Position numbers and translations under genes: made by a program. Of a stretch of 64,000 nt of DNA, positions 50,594 to 60,120 are shown piece by piece. This DNA is from Candidatus Latescibacterota bacterium. Lineage in GTDB: Bacteria; Krumholzibacteriota; Krumholzibacteriia; WVZY01. The stretch covers positions 32,001-96,000 of the forward strand of contig CAWBQK010000007.1 of the NCBI GenBank assembly GCA_963791045.1, given 5' to 3'. The notes beneath the pieces were generated by a model that worked only from the letters and a program-made list of their open reading frames with translations, did no database searches and had not been told where the DNA came from. How positions within the stretch are numbered: the stretch's first letter is position 1; every line of letters begins with the position of its first letter.

Positions 50594-53353
50594 ATGGCCG
50601 GGCTCGGCACATTTCTTGTGGCATTCCTTCTGTCGTATGTTGGAACGACGCTGTTGTTGAGAGTTCCTCTCAAGGGCGGGTTCGTCGACGTGCCCAACGA
50701 GCGAAGTTCGCACGACACCGTCAAGCTCAGGTTTGGCGGCATCGCGATCTTTTTGTCGTTTTTTGTCGTGACTCTCTTTTTGCTTGTCACTCGACCGGCA
50801 CTGACCGGATTTCTGCCGCTCCTGGTTGGCGGGGCGCTTGTTTTTTCGGTGGGTCTTCTCGACGACTGGCGTTCTCTTCCCGTCTGGAGCCGGTTCGGTG
50901 CGCAGGTCGCAGCCGCGGGAATACTCGTGGCAACGGGCAACGTGGTCGATCATATTTATTTGCCCCTCGTCGGTACGATAGATCTCGATATACTCGCCAT
51001 TCCTTTCACCGTTCTCTTCGTTATGGCGAGCATAAACTTTTACAATTTTATTGACGGGATCGACGGGCTTGCCGCGGGAAGCGCGTTTATCATTGCAGGA
51101 TTCCTGGCGCTGATTGCCTACATGGTCGGTCATCCCGCTCTTGCTCTCGTATGTCTCGCCCTCGCGGGGAGTTCGGTCGGCTTTCTCCAGTTTAATTTTC
51201 CGCCCTCCAGGCTCTTTATGGGCGACGGCGGCAGCACCTTTCTGGGGTACTTTTTCGCGTTCGTCGCAATATCCGGCAACCGTATGACCCCGGAGATACC
51301 GTTCTTTATACCTGTTTTGATGGTGTCTTCGCTTTACCTCGACGCGGGACTCACCCTGGCTCAGCGGGCGTTTCGCGGGGAAAAGATTTTCAAGCCGCAC
51401 CACACGCATTACTACCAGCGTCTTCTATCGCTCGGCCTGAACCACAAACAGGTTACGTTTCTTGAATACGGCGTGACAATCCTTCTCGGTATAAGCGCGC
51501 TTGTTTTTTTCAAGGCGGGCGGATTCTTTCCGATCTTTGTTTGCATTTGCTGGCTCGCGATTTTTGCTTCGTTGATTATGAAGATCCGCAGCCTCGAAAG
51601 AGGGGACAGGGTGTTCTGGGAGCGGCGGACGTTGCTCGTTGTCGGGAGCGACATCGTTGTCATCTCGTTGGCGTATTTTGCCGCGTTTTTTATCCGGATA
51701 AATTTCCAGAAAACCGATCCGCATTGGGACGCGGTGCTCAAAGCGTTCCCGATCGTTCTCGTGGTTCGAAGCGCCAGCTTCTACTGGTTCGGGCTATACC
51801 GCGGGGTGTGGAAGTACACGAGTACGCCCGACGTTGTTCGCATCATCAAGGCGGTTACGGCGGGGTCGGCGGTAATTATTGCGCTGCTCGTTTTCTTTTA
51901 CCGTTTTGCGGCGTTTCCGAGGTCGATGTTCGTTATTGAGTTTTTTCTCCTGATCGCCGCCATCGGAGGGACGCGTTTCGCATCGCGGTTGTTCCACGAG
52001 TACGGCAAGGAAGCTGTTGGCGGCGCGGCGCGGCGGATCGCGATAATCGGGGCGGGAGACAATGGCGAGAGACTCTTGAGAGAGATTCGGAGTACGGAGG
52101 GTAAAAGAGCGTCCGTGGTTTGTTTTATCGACGATGACAGCCGCAAGGAAGGTTTGATTCTTCAGGGCGTACCGATCAGGGGGCCGATCGAAGGGTTGAA
52201 AGAGATTTGCGCGAAGCTCAAGGTCGATTCGGTTGTCATCGGTATTTCCGATCCGCCTCCGGCCACGGTCAAGTTTGTCGTCAAGAGTGCAAGGGAGGCG
52301 GGGATAGAACTCGAGACACGGAACGGTCTCCATATTGAATCCTCGGCGGCGCCGGCCGTGGTATTCGACCGGATATCCGAAAGGCTTGGCCGAGCGCTTC
52401 CGCTTCACGCCGACGAAAAAGTCCGGCCGTTCTATTCGGGCAAACGAGTACTCGTGACGAATGGGGGAGAGGCCATCGGCCCCGCGCTTGTTCGCGATCT
52501 TCTTGACCTCGGTTCAGACGTGGCGGTTCATGTCAATTCGCCGTGGGAAACCGAGCGGTTCCAGGCGCAGATTGACGATCACACCCGGTTTTACGCGGGT
52601 TCTCTTGACCGCGAGGTTGATGCGGCGGCCGTCATAAACGGTCACGACCCGCAGGTGATCTTTCACGCGGTCAGGCTTCGCGCTGAAAATATGGTGAACG
52701 AGGCGGACATCGTCTGGCGGCGCGTGGTTCGTGGGGCGGAAGCGATGTGCAAAAGTCTCGAGAAATCGCGTGTTGAATCTCTCGTCTTTTTGTTCTTCTG
52801 GGAAGGATCGCCGGTGGAGAGCTTCTGGACGAGCGCCGCCGCCCTCGGTGAGACCATGGTTCTCAACAACCCGGGTATCCTGCACACCTCTCCGAAATCG
52901 ATCAGGTTGCCGCTGGTATTGACCGGCGACTTGCTCCGCGACGCAAGGCGGATTAGATCAGCGGCGCCGCGGTACGGAATCCTCGAGCCGGAGGCCGTCG
53001 CGCTCGCGCTCAATGCTTGTGCGGGTTTGAAGGGGCGCGCCATCGCCGTGCCTCGCTTCGAGTCCGACATAGATTTCAGATCGGTTCTGAAAATGCTCAA
53101 CATCCCGGTGTCGGCCGAGAGCGATGCAGAACCGGAGCTGGCCCCGCCGATCTACCCGGGCGAATCCGCGCGGCCATCGGTGGTCCAGGGGGCCGGCGAG
53201 GTAATCAGTCCGGTTTATCCCGCCGATGAGATCCTTCGCGAAGCGGTGTCGAAATGTTTGTACGCGTCGGGAAATGAAGACTTGCAAAAATGCCTCGAAA
53301 TGCTCAACAGTAAACTTTTCGAGCACGCGCGATCGACCGCCGGCAAGCAATGA
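50594..53353 (+). CDS. WecA/MraY-like polyprenyl-phosphate HexNAc-1-P transferase fused to a CapD/PglF-like module with a degenerate catalytic domain
   Basis: GLLDD, NFIDGIDG, FMGDGG and HHTH; then GLYRGVWKY TM region, IIGAG...FIDDD, and the eroded TNGGEAIG and PQVIFHAV motifs. Confidence 0.85.
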   Translation: MAGLGTFLVAFLLSYVGTTLLLRVPLKGGFVDVPNERSSHDTVKLRFGGIAIFLSFFVVTLFLLVTRPALTGFLPLLVGGALVFSVGLLDDWRSLPVWSRFGAQVAAAGILVATGNVVDHIYLPLVGTIDLDILAIPFTVLFVMASINFYNFIDGIDGLAAGSAFIIAGFLALIAYMVGHPALALVCLALAGSSVGFLQFNFPPSRLFMGDGGSTFLGYFFAFVAISGNRMTPEIPFFIPVLMVSSLYLDAGLTLAQRAFRGEKIFKPHHTHYYQRLLSLGLNHKQVTFLEYGVTILLGISALVFFKAGGFFPIFVCICWLAIFASLIMKIRSLERGDRVFWERRTLLVVGSDIVVISLAYFAAFFIRINFQKTDPHWDAVLKAFPIVLVVRSASFYWFGLYRGVWKYTSTPDVVRIIKAVTAGSAVIIALLVFFYRFAAFPRSMFVIEFFLLIAAIGGTRFASRLFHEYGKEAVGGAARRIAIIGAGDNGERLLREIRSTEGKRASVVCFIDDDSRKEGLILQGVPIRGPIEGLKEICAKLKVDSVVIGISDPPPATVKFVVKSAREAGIELETRNGLHIESSAAPAVVFDRISERLGRALPLHADEKVRPFYSGKRVLVTNGGEAIGPALVRDLLDLGSDVAVHVNSPWETERFQAQIDDHTRFYAGSLDREVDAAAVINGHDPQVIFHAVRLRAENMVNEADIVWRRVVRGAEAMCKSLEKSRVESLVFLFFWEGSPVESFWTSAAALGETMVLNNPGILHTSPKSIRLPLVLTGDLLRDARRIRSAAPRYGILEPEAVALALNACAGLKGRAIAVPRFESDIDFRSVLKMLNIPVSAESDAEPELAPPIYPGESARPSVVQGAGEVISPVYPADEILREAVSKCLYASGNEDLQKCLEMLNSKLFEHARSTAGKQ

Positions 53354-53400
53354 CGTCCGCGCGCTGTCTGTAAAGATGCCGCGAGACGGGGGAAAGCTGT

Positions 53401-54291
53401 TTGAAACAAATTTTCTACATATTCATCGGGATGCGTCCCCGGCAGTGGACCAAGAACCTGGTCACTTTCGCCGGTTTGATTTTTTCGCAAAATCTGACAA
53501 ACGGATCTTTTCTCGCCAAAAGCGTGGAAGCGTTTGTAATTTTCTGCGCGTTGTCCGGGGTTATCTATCTTGTCAACGATGTCGTAGATATTGAAAAGGA
53601 CAAACTGCACGACGTGAAGCGGAAGCGCCCGCTGCCGTCGGGGAAGCTCTCGATTCCCGCCGCGTTGTCCGGGGCGACCGCGATAAGCATCGTGGCGTTG
53701 TTTTTTGCTTTCAAGGTGGGAGCAAGCTTTTTCGCCGTCTCCGTTATGTTCTTCGTCCTGAACATTCTCTATTCACTGTTTCTCAAAAGGATCGTTCTGC
53801 TCGATGTGGTCAGCATCTCGCTGAGTTTTGTCATTCGCGCGATCGCCGGCGTGGAAGCTCTCGCCGGTGTCGATCCGACGATCGAGATCTCGCCGTGGCT
53901 GTTGATCTGTACTTTGTTTCTGTCTCTTTTTCTCGCTTTTTGCAAGCGCCGTCATGAACTCACCACAATGGGGGATGCGGCCAGTCACCGCGAAGCGCTC
54001 GCGGAGTATTCTCCCGAGCTAATTAACCAGCTGGTAGGGATCACCGCGGCCGGCGCGGTCTTGTCATACTCGATTTACACAATCTGGCCGGATACGGTCG
54101 ACAAATTCGGAACGGCCAACCTCGTCTACACAATCCCGCTTGTTCTGATCGGTGTGATGCGTTATCTCTATCTTGTCTACAGCAAGGACAAAGGAGGCAG
54201 TCCGTCGGATCTGCTTCTCAGCGAGAAGTTCATTCTCATCGTGGTATTCTTGTGGATACTTCTCGTGGTTGCGATCTTCTATTTTTTCTAA
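53401..54291 (+). CDS. UbiA-family decaprenyl-phosphate phosphoribosyltransferase-like protein
   Basis: MRPRQWTKN, YLVNDVVD...KRKRPLPSG and KRRHEL; multiple TM segments. Confidence 0.85.
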   Translation: MKQIFYIFIGMRPRQWTKNLVTFAGLIFSQNLTNGSFLAKSVEAFVIFCALSGVIYLVNDVVDIEKDKLHDVKRKRPLPSGKLSIPAALSGATAISIVALFFAFKVGASFFAVSVMFFVLNILYSLFLKRIVLLDVVSISLSFVIRAIAGVEALAGVDPTIEISPWLLICTLFLSLFLAFCKRRHELTTMGDAASHREALAEYSPELINQLVGITAAGAVLSYSIYTIWPDTVDKFGTANLVYTIPLVLIGVMRYLYLVYSKDKGGSPSDLLLSEKFILIVVFLWILLVVAIFYFF

Positions 54292-54366
54292 TATAACTAT
54301 CGGCTGAACGAAAGTTGTGAAACCGGGCGTGCCCGTCCGCCTAAAACATGGAGGAGATGGTCGAGG

Positions 54367-55476
54367 ATGGCATCTGTTGTTTCCGTCGTATTTACAAAAC
54401 CCGAGACCGTGATCGAGGACTACAAGAAGGTCATGGAGCTTGCTTCGTGGCAGGACCATCTTGCCGGCGAGCGCGAACTTCTTATTAAACTCAATCTGTC
54501 GTGGACCAAATATTTTCCGGCGTGCTCGAGCCAGCCGTGGCAGGTCGACGGTGTTCTGAATACGCTTCTCGACGGGCCTTACACGCCCGAAACCGTTCTT
54601 CCTATCGAAAACAAGACCGTGGTGACGAACCCGATTCAAGGTGCGCGGAACAACCTGTGGATGCCCGTTCTCGATCGGCACAAGTGTCGGTTTCAGCCGC
54701 TCACCGATGTTGAGTGGATCGTGTACAAGTTCAAATCCAAGCTCCTGAAACTCAATGATATTTTTCCGGAAGGCATTCAAATCCCCGCGATGTTCGAGGG
54801 ACGTGATATCCTTCACCTGCCCACAGTCAAGACGCACGGACACTCGGTAACCACGGGCGCGATCAAAAACGCATTCGGCGGTTTGTTAAAAGAGGTTCGT
54901 CACTACGCCCACAAATATATTCACGAGGTTCTCGTTGATCTCCTGTTGATGCAGCGGGAGCTCCACCCCAACGTGTTTGCGGTGATGGATGGAACCGTGG
55001 CCGGTGACGGCGCGGGTCCCCGCACCATGATCCCGTCGGTTCGCAACGTTATTCTCGCCAGCGCCGACTCTGTGGCGATCGACGCCGTTGCGGCGAAGCT
55101 GATGGGATTCGAACCTATGGAAATCCCGTATCTGCGGATGGCCACGGAAATGGGGCTTGGAGAGGCGAGGATCGACAAGATCGAAATTGCGGGCAGCGAC
55201 ATTTCCGAGATCAATTTCAATTTCAAGACAAAGAAAAGCCTCGTTATCTGGGGTGACCAGATGCTTCGGCTGGGCCCGCTCCGTTTTCTCGAAAAACTCC
55301 TCCTCCACTCGCCCCTCGTTGTGTGGGCGCCGTTCGCATCAAATGTATACCATGACATGTTCTGGTACCCGACGGTGGGGAAACAGAGAATTCGTGAATT
55401 TTCCGGCACGCCCTGGGGGCGCCTTTTTGATGAATACGCACGGTCGGGAGGGCGTATCTCCACCGAGACAAAGTGA
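54367..55476 (+). CDS. DUF362 domain protein
   Basis: IKLNL, LPTVKTHGH, TGAIKNAFG, MDG...GAGP and DSVAIDAV. Confidence 0.82.
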   Translation: MASVVSVVFTKPETVIEDYKKVMELASWQDHLAGERELLIKLNLSWTKYFPACSSQPWQVDGVLNTLLDGPYTPETVLPIENKTVVTNPIQGARNNLWMPVLDRHKCRFQPLTDVEWIVYKFKSKLLKLNDIFPEGIQIPAMFEGRDILHLPTVKTHGHSVTTGAIKNAFGGLLKEVRHYAHKYIHEVLVDLLLMQRELHPNVFAVMDGTVAGDGAGPRTMIPSVRNVILASADSVAIDAVAAKLMGFEPMEIPYLRMATEMGLGEARIDKIEIAGSDISEINFNFKTKKSLVIWGDQMLRLGPLRFLEKLLLHSPLVVWAPFASNVYHDMFWYPTVGKQRIREFSGTPWGRLFDEYARSGGRISTETK

Positions 55477-56381
55477 CAAGTGCTTCTAAAACAGTCAAAT
55501 ACGTCGCTCACGCTCGGGCCAAGGTTAACCTCGCCCTCGAGGTGATTTCCAAGCGGCGGGATGGCTTTCACGAGCTGGAGACGATTTTTCAGAGCGTCGA
55601 TCTCTTTGACGTGCTCGAGATCGAACTCAACCACACTGGGCGGATAGAGATTTCGTCGACGGACCCGGATATCCCAACTAACGAATCGAACCTGTGTTAC
55701 AGGGCTGTCGACCGGATGCGTGCCCATGCGGGGGCTGATCTCGGCGCGTCGATTCATATCGAAAAGCGGATCCCGCAGAGCGCGGGACTCGGAGGTGGTA
55801 GCAGCGACGCCGCCGCGGTAATTTTGGCGGTGAACCAGGGTCTGCGTCTGTTTTTGTCAAAACCCGAACTCGAAAATGCCGCCCTGGATCTGGGCAGCGA
55901 TGTGCCGTTTATGTTGTATGGTGGTACAATGTTCGGCCGCGGCCGGGGAGAAATCCTCACCCGGTTGACCCCTATTAAGAAGGGGTTTTTCCTTATAGTT
56001 AAGCCGACTGTGGATATCTCAACAGGCGACGTGTTCAAAAAGGTTAATTTTCAATTGACAAGACATCGCTATCGGTTTAATCTGAAAGCGGTTAACGCAC
56101 TTTTGGCGAGATTCCCGAATGTGGCTTTGTCCTTCAGGAATGCGCTCGAAGATGTTGTTTGTCCCTCGTATCCATTGGTATATGAGGTGCTCGAAGAGCT
56201 TCTGGCGTCGAACCCGTACTTCGCGGCAATGAGTGGAAGTGGTTCTGCTTTGTTCGCGATTTATGGGAGTGAAGAAAGAGCCTCGGAATTAGCAGAGCGG
56301 TATTCGCTCCAGGGGTTCTTCACCGCCGTTGCCGAGCCTAGTGCACAGGCCGTCGATCTCTATCTGGTGGGAGACCGCTGA
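55473..56381 (+). CDS. ispE: 4-(CDP)-2-C-methyl-D-erythritol kinase
   Basis: AKVNL, KRIPQSAGLGGGSSDAA, GSDVPF and MSGSGS. Confidence 0.95.
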   Translation: MTSASKTVKYVAHARAKVNLALEVISKRRDGFHELETIFQSVDLFDVLEIELNHTGRIEISSTDPDIPTNESNLCYRAVDRMRAHAGADLGASIHIEKRIPQSAGLGGGSSDAAAVILAVNQGLRLFLSKPELENAALDLGSDVPFMLYGGTMFGRGRGEILTRLTPIKKGFFLIVKPTVDISTGDVFKKVNFQLTRHRYRFNLKAVNALLARFPNVALSFRNALEDVVCPSYPLVYEVLEELLASNPYFAAMSGSGSALFAIYGSEERASELAERYSLQGFFTAVAEPSAQAVDLYLVGDR

Positions 56382-56411
56382 TCGCGGACTTTCAAACAGG
56401 GGGGGAACTGC

Positions 56412-56696
56412 ATGGACATCACCGAGGTCAGGATTTCGTTGCGGGATGATGCAAAGCTGAAAGCGTTCGCGAGCATTACCCTGGACGACTGCTTCGTGAT
56501 ACGAGGTCTCAAGATCATTCAGGGTCAGACCGGTACTTTCGTCGCGATGCCGAGCCGGAAAAGGAAGGATGGGGAGTACCAGGACATAGCTCATCCGATC
56601 AATAACAGTACTCGCAAGTGGATGGAAGACATCGTCCTGGCGAAGTACAAGGAGGAAACCGCCAAGCTGGGTTCCGAAAAACAGCTGGCGAAGTAA
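56412..56696 (+). CDS. spoVG: SpoVG nucleic-acid-binding protein
   Basis: [24 protein letters not shown] and DIAHPIN. Confidence 0.95.
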   Translation: MDITEVRISLRDDAKLKAFASITLDDCFVIRGLKIIQGQTGTFVAMPSRKRKDGEYQDIAHPINNSTRKWMEDIVLAKYKEETAKLGSEKQLAK

Positions 56697-56767
56697 TCTA
56701 ACTACTGTTAAGACTTCTTCTCTTATTCTGAACCGGTAACCGGACGCGATCGATCCCCAGCGAATAT

Positions 56768-56841
56768 TGGGGCGTCGACAAGTGGCAAGTCACAGGGTTT
56801 TGGTCCCTGCATCGGAGGTTCGAATCCTCCCGCCCCAGCCA
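56768..56841 (+). tRNA. tRNA-Gln(TTG)
   Basis: Acceptor TGGGGCG/CGCCCCA; anticodon arm caggg-tt-TTG-gt-ccctg; CCA end; usual ispE-tRNA-Gln-prs position. Confidence 0.96.
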
Positions 56842-56871
56842 CTTACGGTTTTTTATGTTGATGAGGCGCTA

Positions 56872-56901
56872 TCCAGGCCGTAGCGGCCTGGGCATTTTTT
56901 T
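56872..56901 (+). terminator. Terminator-like hairpin between tRNA-Gln and prs
   Basis: ccaggccg-tag-cggcctgg followed by T7. Confidence 0.5.
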
Positions 56902-56913
56902 GGGAGATAGAGG

Positions 56914-57843
56914 ATGAATCGATTGAAACTCATCAGTGGCAACTCCAATAGAGGTTTGGCGGAAAAGATCGCCGAGTATCTCAATGTCTCGCTTTGTGAA
57001 GTCGAGCTAGAGAGATTCGGCGATGGAGAGATCCGCGCGCGAATTAATGAGAATATTCGCGGTGTCGATGTTTTTATCATCCAATCTACCGCTCCGCCTG
57101 CGGAAAACCTGATGGAACTGCTGATCCTCAATGATACCTGCTTTCGCGCATCAGCGGAGAGAATTACAAATGTAATTCCTTATTATGGTTACGCGCGCCA
57201 GGATCGTAAGGATCAGCCGAGAGTCCCGATTACATCCAAGCTTTGCTCCAAGCTTGTGGATGTGTCCGGGGCAAACCGCGTTCTGACCATGGATCTGCAC
57301 AGCGCGCAGATCCAGGGATTTTTCGAGGTTCAGGCCGACAACCTTTTTGCATCTCCAGTCCTACTTGATTACATTAAATCGAAGGAAATTCCAAATCTGA
57401 CGATCGTTTCGCCCGATGTCGGCAGCCTCAAGATGGGGCGCGCCTTTGCCAAGCGTCTCAACGCGGACCTGGCGATAGTCGACAAACGGCGCTCTGACAT
57501 CGACAAGACCGAGGTCATGAATATCATCGGTGATGTCAAAGGCCAGAACATCGTGATCCTCGACGACATGATCTCGTCGGCCAGTACTCTGCTCGAGGCC
57601 GCCGCGGAGATTGATCGCCGCGGCGCCGAGTCGATCATGGCCTGCGCAACGCACCCGGTTTTTTCGGGTAACGCCTGCCAGAACATTATGAAATCAGTTC
57701 TGAAGGAAGTCGTTGTGACTAATACGCTGCCTTTTGACAGCGGCCGTTGTCCAAAAGTAAAAGTGCTCGACGTGTCCGGAATTCTCGGCGAGGCGATTCA
57801 CCGGATCCATTCCAACGAATCAGTGAGCACGTTGTTTGTATGA
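56914..57843 (+). CDS. prs: Ribose-phosphate pyrophosphokinase
   Basis: FGDGE, YARQDRK, DLHSAQIQGFF, VSPDVG and DDMIS. Confidence 0.97.
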   Translation: MNRLKLISGNSNRGLAEKIAEYLNVSLCEVELERFGDGEIRARINENIRGVDVFIIQSTAPPAENLMELLILNDTCFRASAERITNVIPYYGYARQDRKDQPRVPITSKLCSKLVDVSGANRVLTMDLHSAQIQGFFEVQADNLFASPVLLDYIKSKEIPNLTIVSPDVGSLKMGRAFAKRLNADLAIVDKRRSDIDKTEVMNIIGDVKGQNIVILDDMISSASTLLEAAAEIDRRGAESIMACATHPVFSGNACQNIMKSVLKEVVVTNTLPFDSGRCPKVKVLDVSGILGEAIHRIHSNESVSTLFV

Positions 57844-57889
57844 TTCAACACGAACCTGCGTCTGCAAGAAAAAGAAAAGGTGAACTGAG

Positions 57890-58564
57890 ATGGAACAATT
57901 CAAACTCAAATCGATTTATCGCCAAACATCAGGGAAAGGTGTCGCACGGAAACTCCGTGCCGATGGCAAGATCCCCTCAGTGCTTTACGGACTCAAAGAG
58001 GAAGCAGTCAGTCTTTCGATAGACGAGCAGGAGTTCCGTCGCGTCCTGAGAACTTATGGTGAAACGGCTATCGTCGATCTTGATATCGAAGGACTCGCGG
58101 AAAAGGAATACAACGCCATCGTCAAGGATGTACAGGTTCACCCGGTCACAGGCAAGATCCTGCACGTGGATTTCCAGCAAATTCGCCGTGGAGAGAAGCT
58201 CAAGATCGAGGTGCCCGTATCTCTCGTCGGCGATCCGATCGGCGTCAAGGAAGCGGGCGGCGTGCTCGAGCACGGGCCGCGTTCGCTCAACATTCGCTGT
58301 TTGCCCCGCGACATACCCGATAAAATTGAGGTCAACGTTGAGGCGTTGGCGATTCACGACACACTGCACGTAAAGGACATTGTCTCCGATTACCCTGACT
58401 TTGAGTTCCTTGACGAACATGACACAACGCTCGCGATCGTCATTCCGCCGCGCGTCGAAGTTGTAGAGACGCCGGAAGAAGAAGAGGGCGAAGGCGAGGA
58501 GCCGGAAGTCATTTCAAAGGGCAAGGAAGAAGAGGAAAAGGATTCCGGAAGCGAACAGTCCTAG
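57890..58564 (+). CDS. rplY: 50S ribosomal protein bL25 (Ctc form)
   Basis: GKGVARKLR, IPSVLYG and HVDF; C-terminal Ctc domain with acidic tail. Confidence 0.95.
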   Translation: MEQFKLKSIYRQTSGKGVARKLRADGKIPSVLYGLKEEAVSLSIDEQEFRRVLRTYGETAIVDLDIEGLAEKEYNAIVKDVQVHPVTGKILHVDFQQIRRGEKLKIEVPVSLVGDPIGVKEAGGVLEHGPRSLNIRCLPRDIPDKIEVNVEALAIHDTLHVKDIVSDYPDFEFLDEHDTTLAIVIPPRVEVVETPEEEEGEGEEPEVISKGKEEEEKDSGSEQS

Positions 58565-58597
58565 TCGCCTCTGTACCGGGCCGTCCGTCTGTCGACA

Positions 58598-59191
58598 ATG
58601 TGTTCAACCATTGTTTTTATTGGATTGGGAAATCCGGGGACCCCGTACGTGTCCACACGGCACAATCTTGGGTTCATGGTTCTCGATCGTCTGGCGAAAA
58701 AGCGCGGCCTGACCTGGACCCGCGGTTCGAGGACCTACAAGGTGACCGAATTCGATTCCGAGTCTGCCCGCGTGATTCTCGTCAAACCTCAGACATTCAT
58801 GAATCTGTCGGGGCGGGCGGCGGTCGCGGTTCACGGTCGTTACGAGAACACGCCCGACCGGCTCGTCGCGATTGTCGATGATATCGCGCTGCCCCTCGGC
58901 CAGCTTCGGCTGCGCCGCCGCGGATCGGACGGCGGGCACAACGGTTTGCGATCCATTGCTTCGGAGTTGGGTACCAGCGATTACCCCCGTCTCCGCCTGG
59001 GGGTTGGCCCCGTCCCGCCGGATGTCGATCCCGCGGATTTCGTTCTCGACCCCTTTGAAGACGAGGAGGCCGAAGCGGCGGGCGAGATGATCGCTCGGGC
59101 GGTTGAATGTTTGGAATCCGTTATACGCCAAGGGTTTGATCTGACCATGGGGCAATTCAACGCATCTCCGGAGAACGGCGAAACGGGTTGA
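58598..59191 (+). CDS. pth: Peptidyl-tRNA hydrolase
   Basis: GLGNPG, TRHNLG, FMNLSG and GGHNG. Confidence 0.96.
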   Translation: MCSTIVFIGLGNPGTPYVSTRHNLGFMVLDRLAKKRGLTWTRGSRTYKVTEFDSESARVILVKPQTFMNLSGRAAVAVHGRYENTPDRLVAIVDDIALPLGQLRLRRRGSDGGHNGLRSIASELGTSDYPRLRLGVGPVPPDVDPADFVLDPFEDEEAEAAGEMIARAVECLESVIRQGFDLTMGQFNASPENGETG

Positions 59192-59216
59192 CGCTGACCG
59201 CCCTATTTGATATATT
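59188..59216 (+). promoter_or_regulatory. Sigma70-type promoter for rpsF-rpsR-rplI
   Basis: TTGACG-17 bp-TATATT with TGn extension. Confidence 0.5.
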
Positions 59217-59380
59217 GACACGGTGTTTTAGCCGTTGCGTCCCGAACCTGCTATTCATGGGGTGGGCGCCGAGGCGGACACAATGTATTGAATCAACAAA
59301 TCATTTCTTCACGACTTCTCTACTTTCCGGCTCCATCCTTGGTTTACGGAAAGTCGCAGTCCACAGGGAGGTGTTACTCA

Positions 59381-59821
59381 TTGAAAGATTATGAGTGCGC
59401 AGTCATCTTTGCCCCGAACACCGGTGGCGAAGATCTCGAAACGGCCACCAAGAAGTATTCGGAAGTCATCACATCCCGTGGTGGCGAACTCACCGAACTC
59501 GACAACTGGGGCAAGCGGACCCTTGCTTACGAGATCAATTTTCATCGTGAGGGTTTCTATTATTTCTACCGGTTCAAGGGTGAGAACGAAATCATCAATG
59601 AACTGAATCGGCAGCTTCGAATCGATGAGCGTGTGATTCGTCACATGATCGTCAGGGATGAATTCAAGGATCGCCCCCAGTTCAAGTCAACTCGCGACCA
59701 CGCGGGCGCCGATACGCCACGGCAGGAAACCCCGCGAGTGGAAACACCAGGTCCGGAAACCACACCACCGGCGACACCGAATCCAGAAACAACGCGACCG
59801 GCGACAGGGGAGGGTGAATAG
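59381..59821 (+). CDS. rpsF: 30S ribosomal protein bS6 with a Pro/Thr/Glu-rich C-terminal extension
   Basis: GGAGGTG RBS with TTG start; YE...[10 protein letters not shown]...VIRHMIV. Confidence 0.95.
   Translation: MKDYECAVIFAPNTGGEDLETATKKYSEVITSRGGELTELDNWGKRTLAYEINFHREGFYYFYRFKGENEIINELNRQLRIDERVIRHMIVRDEFKDRPQFKSTRDHAGADTPRQETPRVETPGPETTPPATPNPETTRPATGEGE
59711..59806 (+). repeat. Degenerate 15-bp tandem repeat (~6.4 units) in the rpsF tail
   Basis: gatacgccacggcag / gaaaccccgcgagtg / gaaacaccaggtccg / gaaaccacaccaccg / gcgacaccgaatcca / gaaacaacgcgaccg / gcgaca. Confidence 0.6.
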
Positions 59822-59823
59822 TC

Positions 59824-60093
59824 TTGGCAAAAGCAAGAGCACAAGGAAAAGGAAAAGGGAAAAAAGAGAAAAACACGAAGTCGCGTAAGCCCTGCAAGTT
59901 TTGCAAAGAGGGAATCAACTACGTTGATTACAAAGACGAAAAACGACTGAGAAGATTCATGACCGATCGTGGAAAAATCACGCCGAGACGAATCACCGGC
60001 ACGTGTGCAAAGCACCAGCGGATACTTGCGGCCGCCGTCAAGCGGGCACGTGTTATCGCGTTGGTTCCGTTCGTCAGAGAATATTTCAGGTAA
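59824..60093 (+). CDS. rpsR: 30S ribosomal protein bS18 (zinc-binding form)
   Basis: CKFC, DYKD and [17 protein letters not shown]. Confidence 0.96.
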   Translation: MAKARAQGKGKGKKEKNTKSRKPCKFCKEGINYVDYKDEKRLRRFMTDRGKITPRRITGTCAKHQRILAAAVKRARVIALVPFVREYFR

Positions 60094-60120
60094 AAGATCA
60101 CCGGTTCTAGGAGGGTCATT

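Noticed and set aside
59300-59380. S6:S18 autoregulatory leader RNA
   Set aside because: Some pairing with the Shine-Dalgarno region is possible, but I could not identify the conserved motif with confidence; it needs a covariance-model search.
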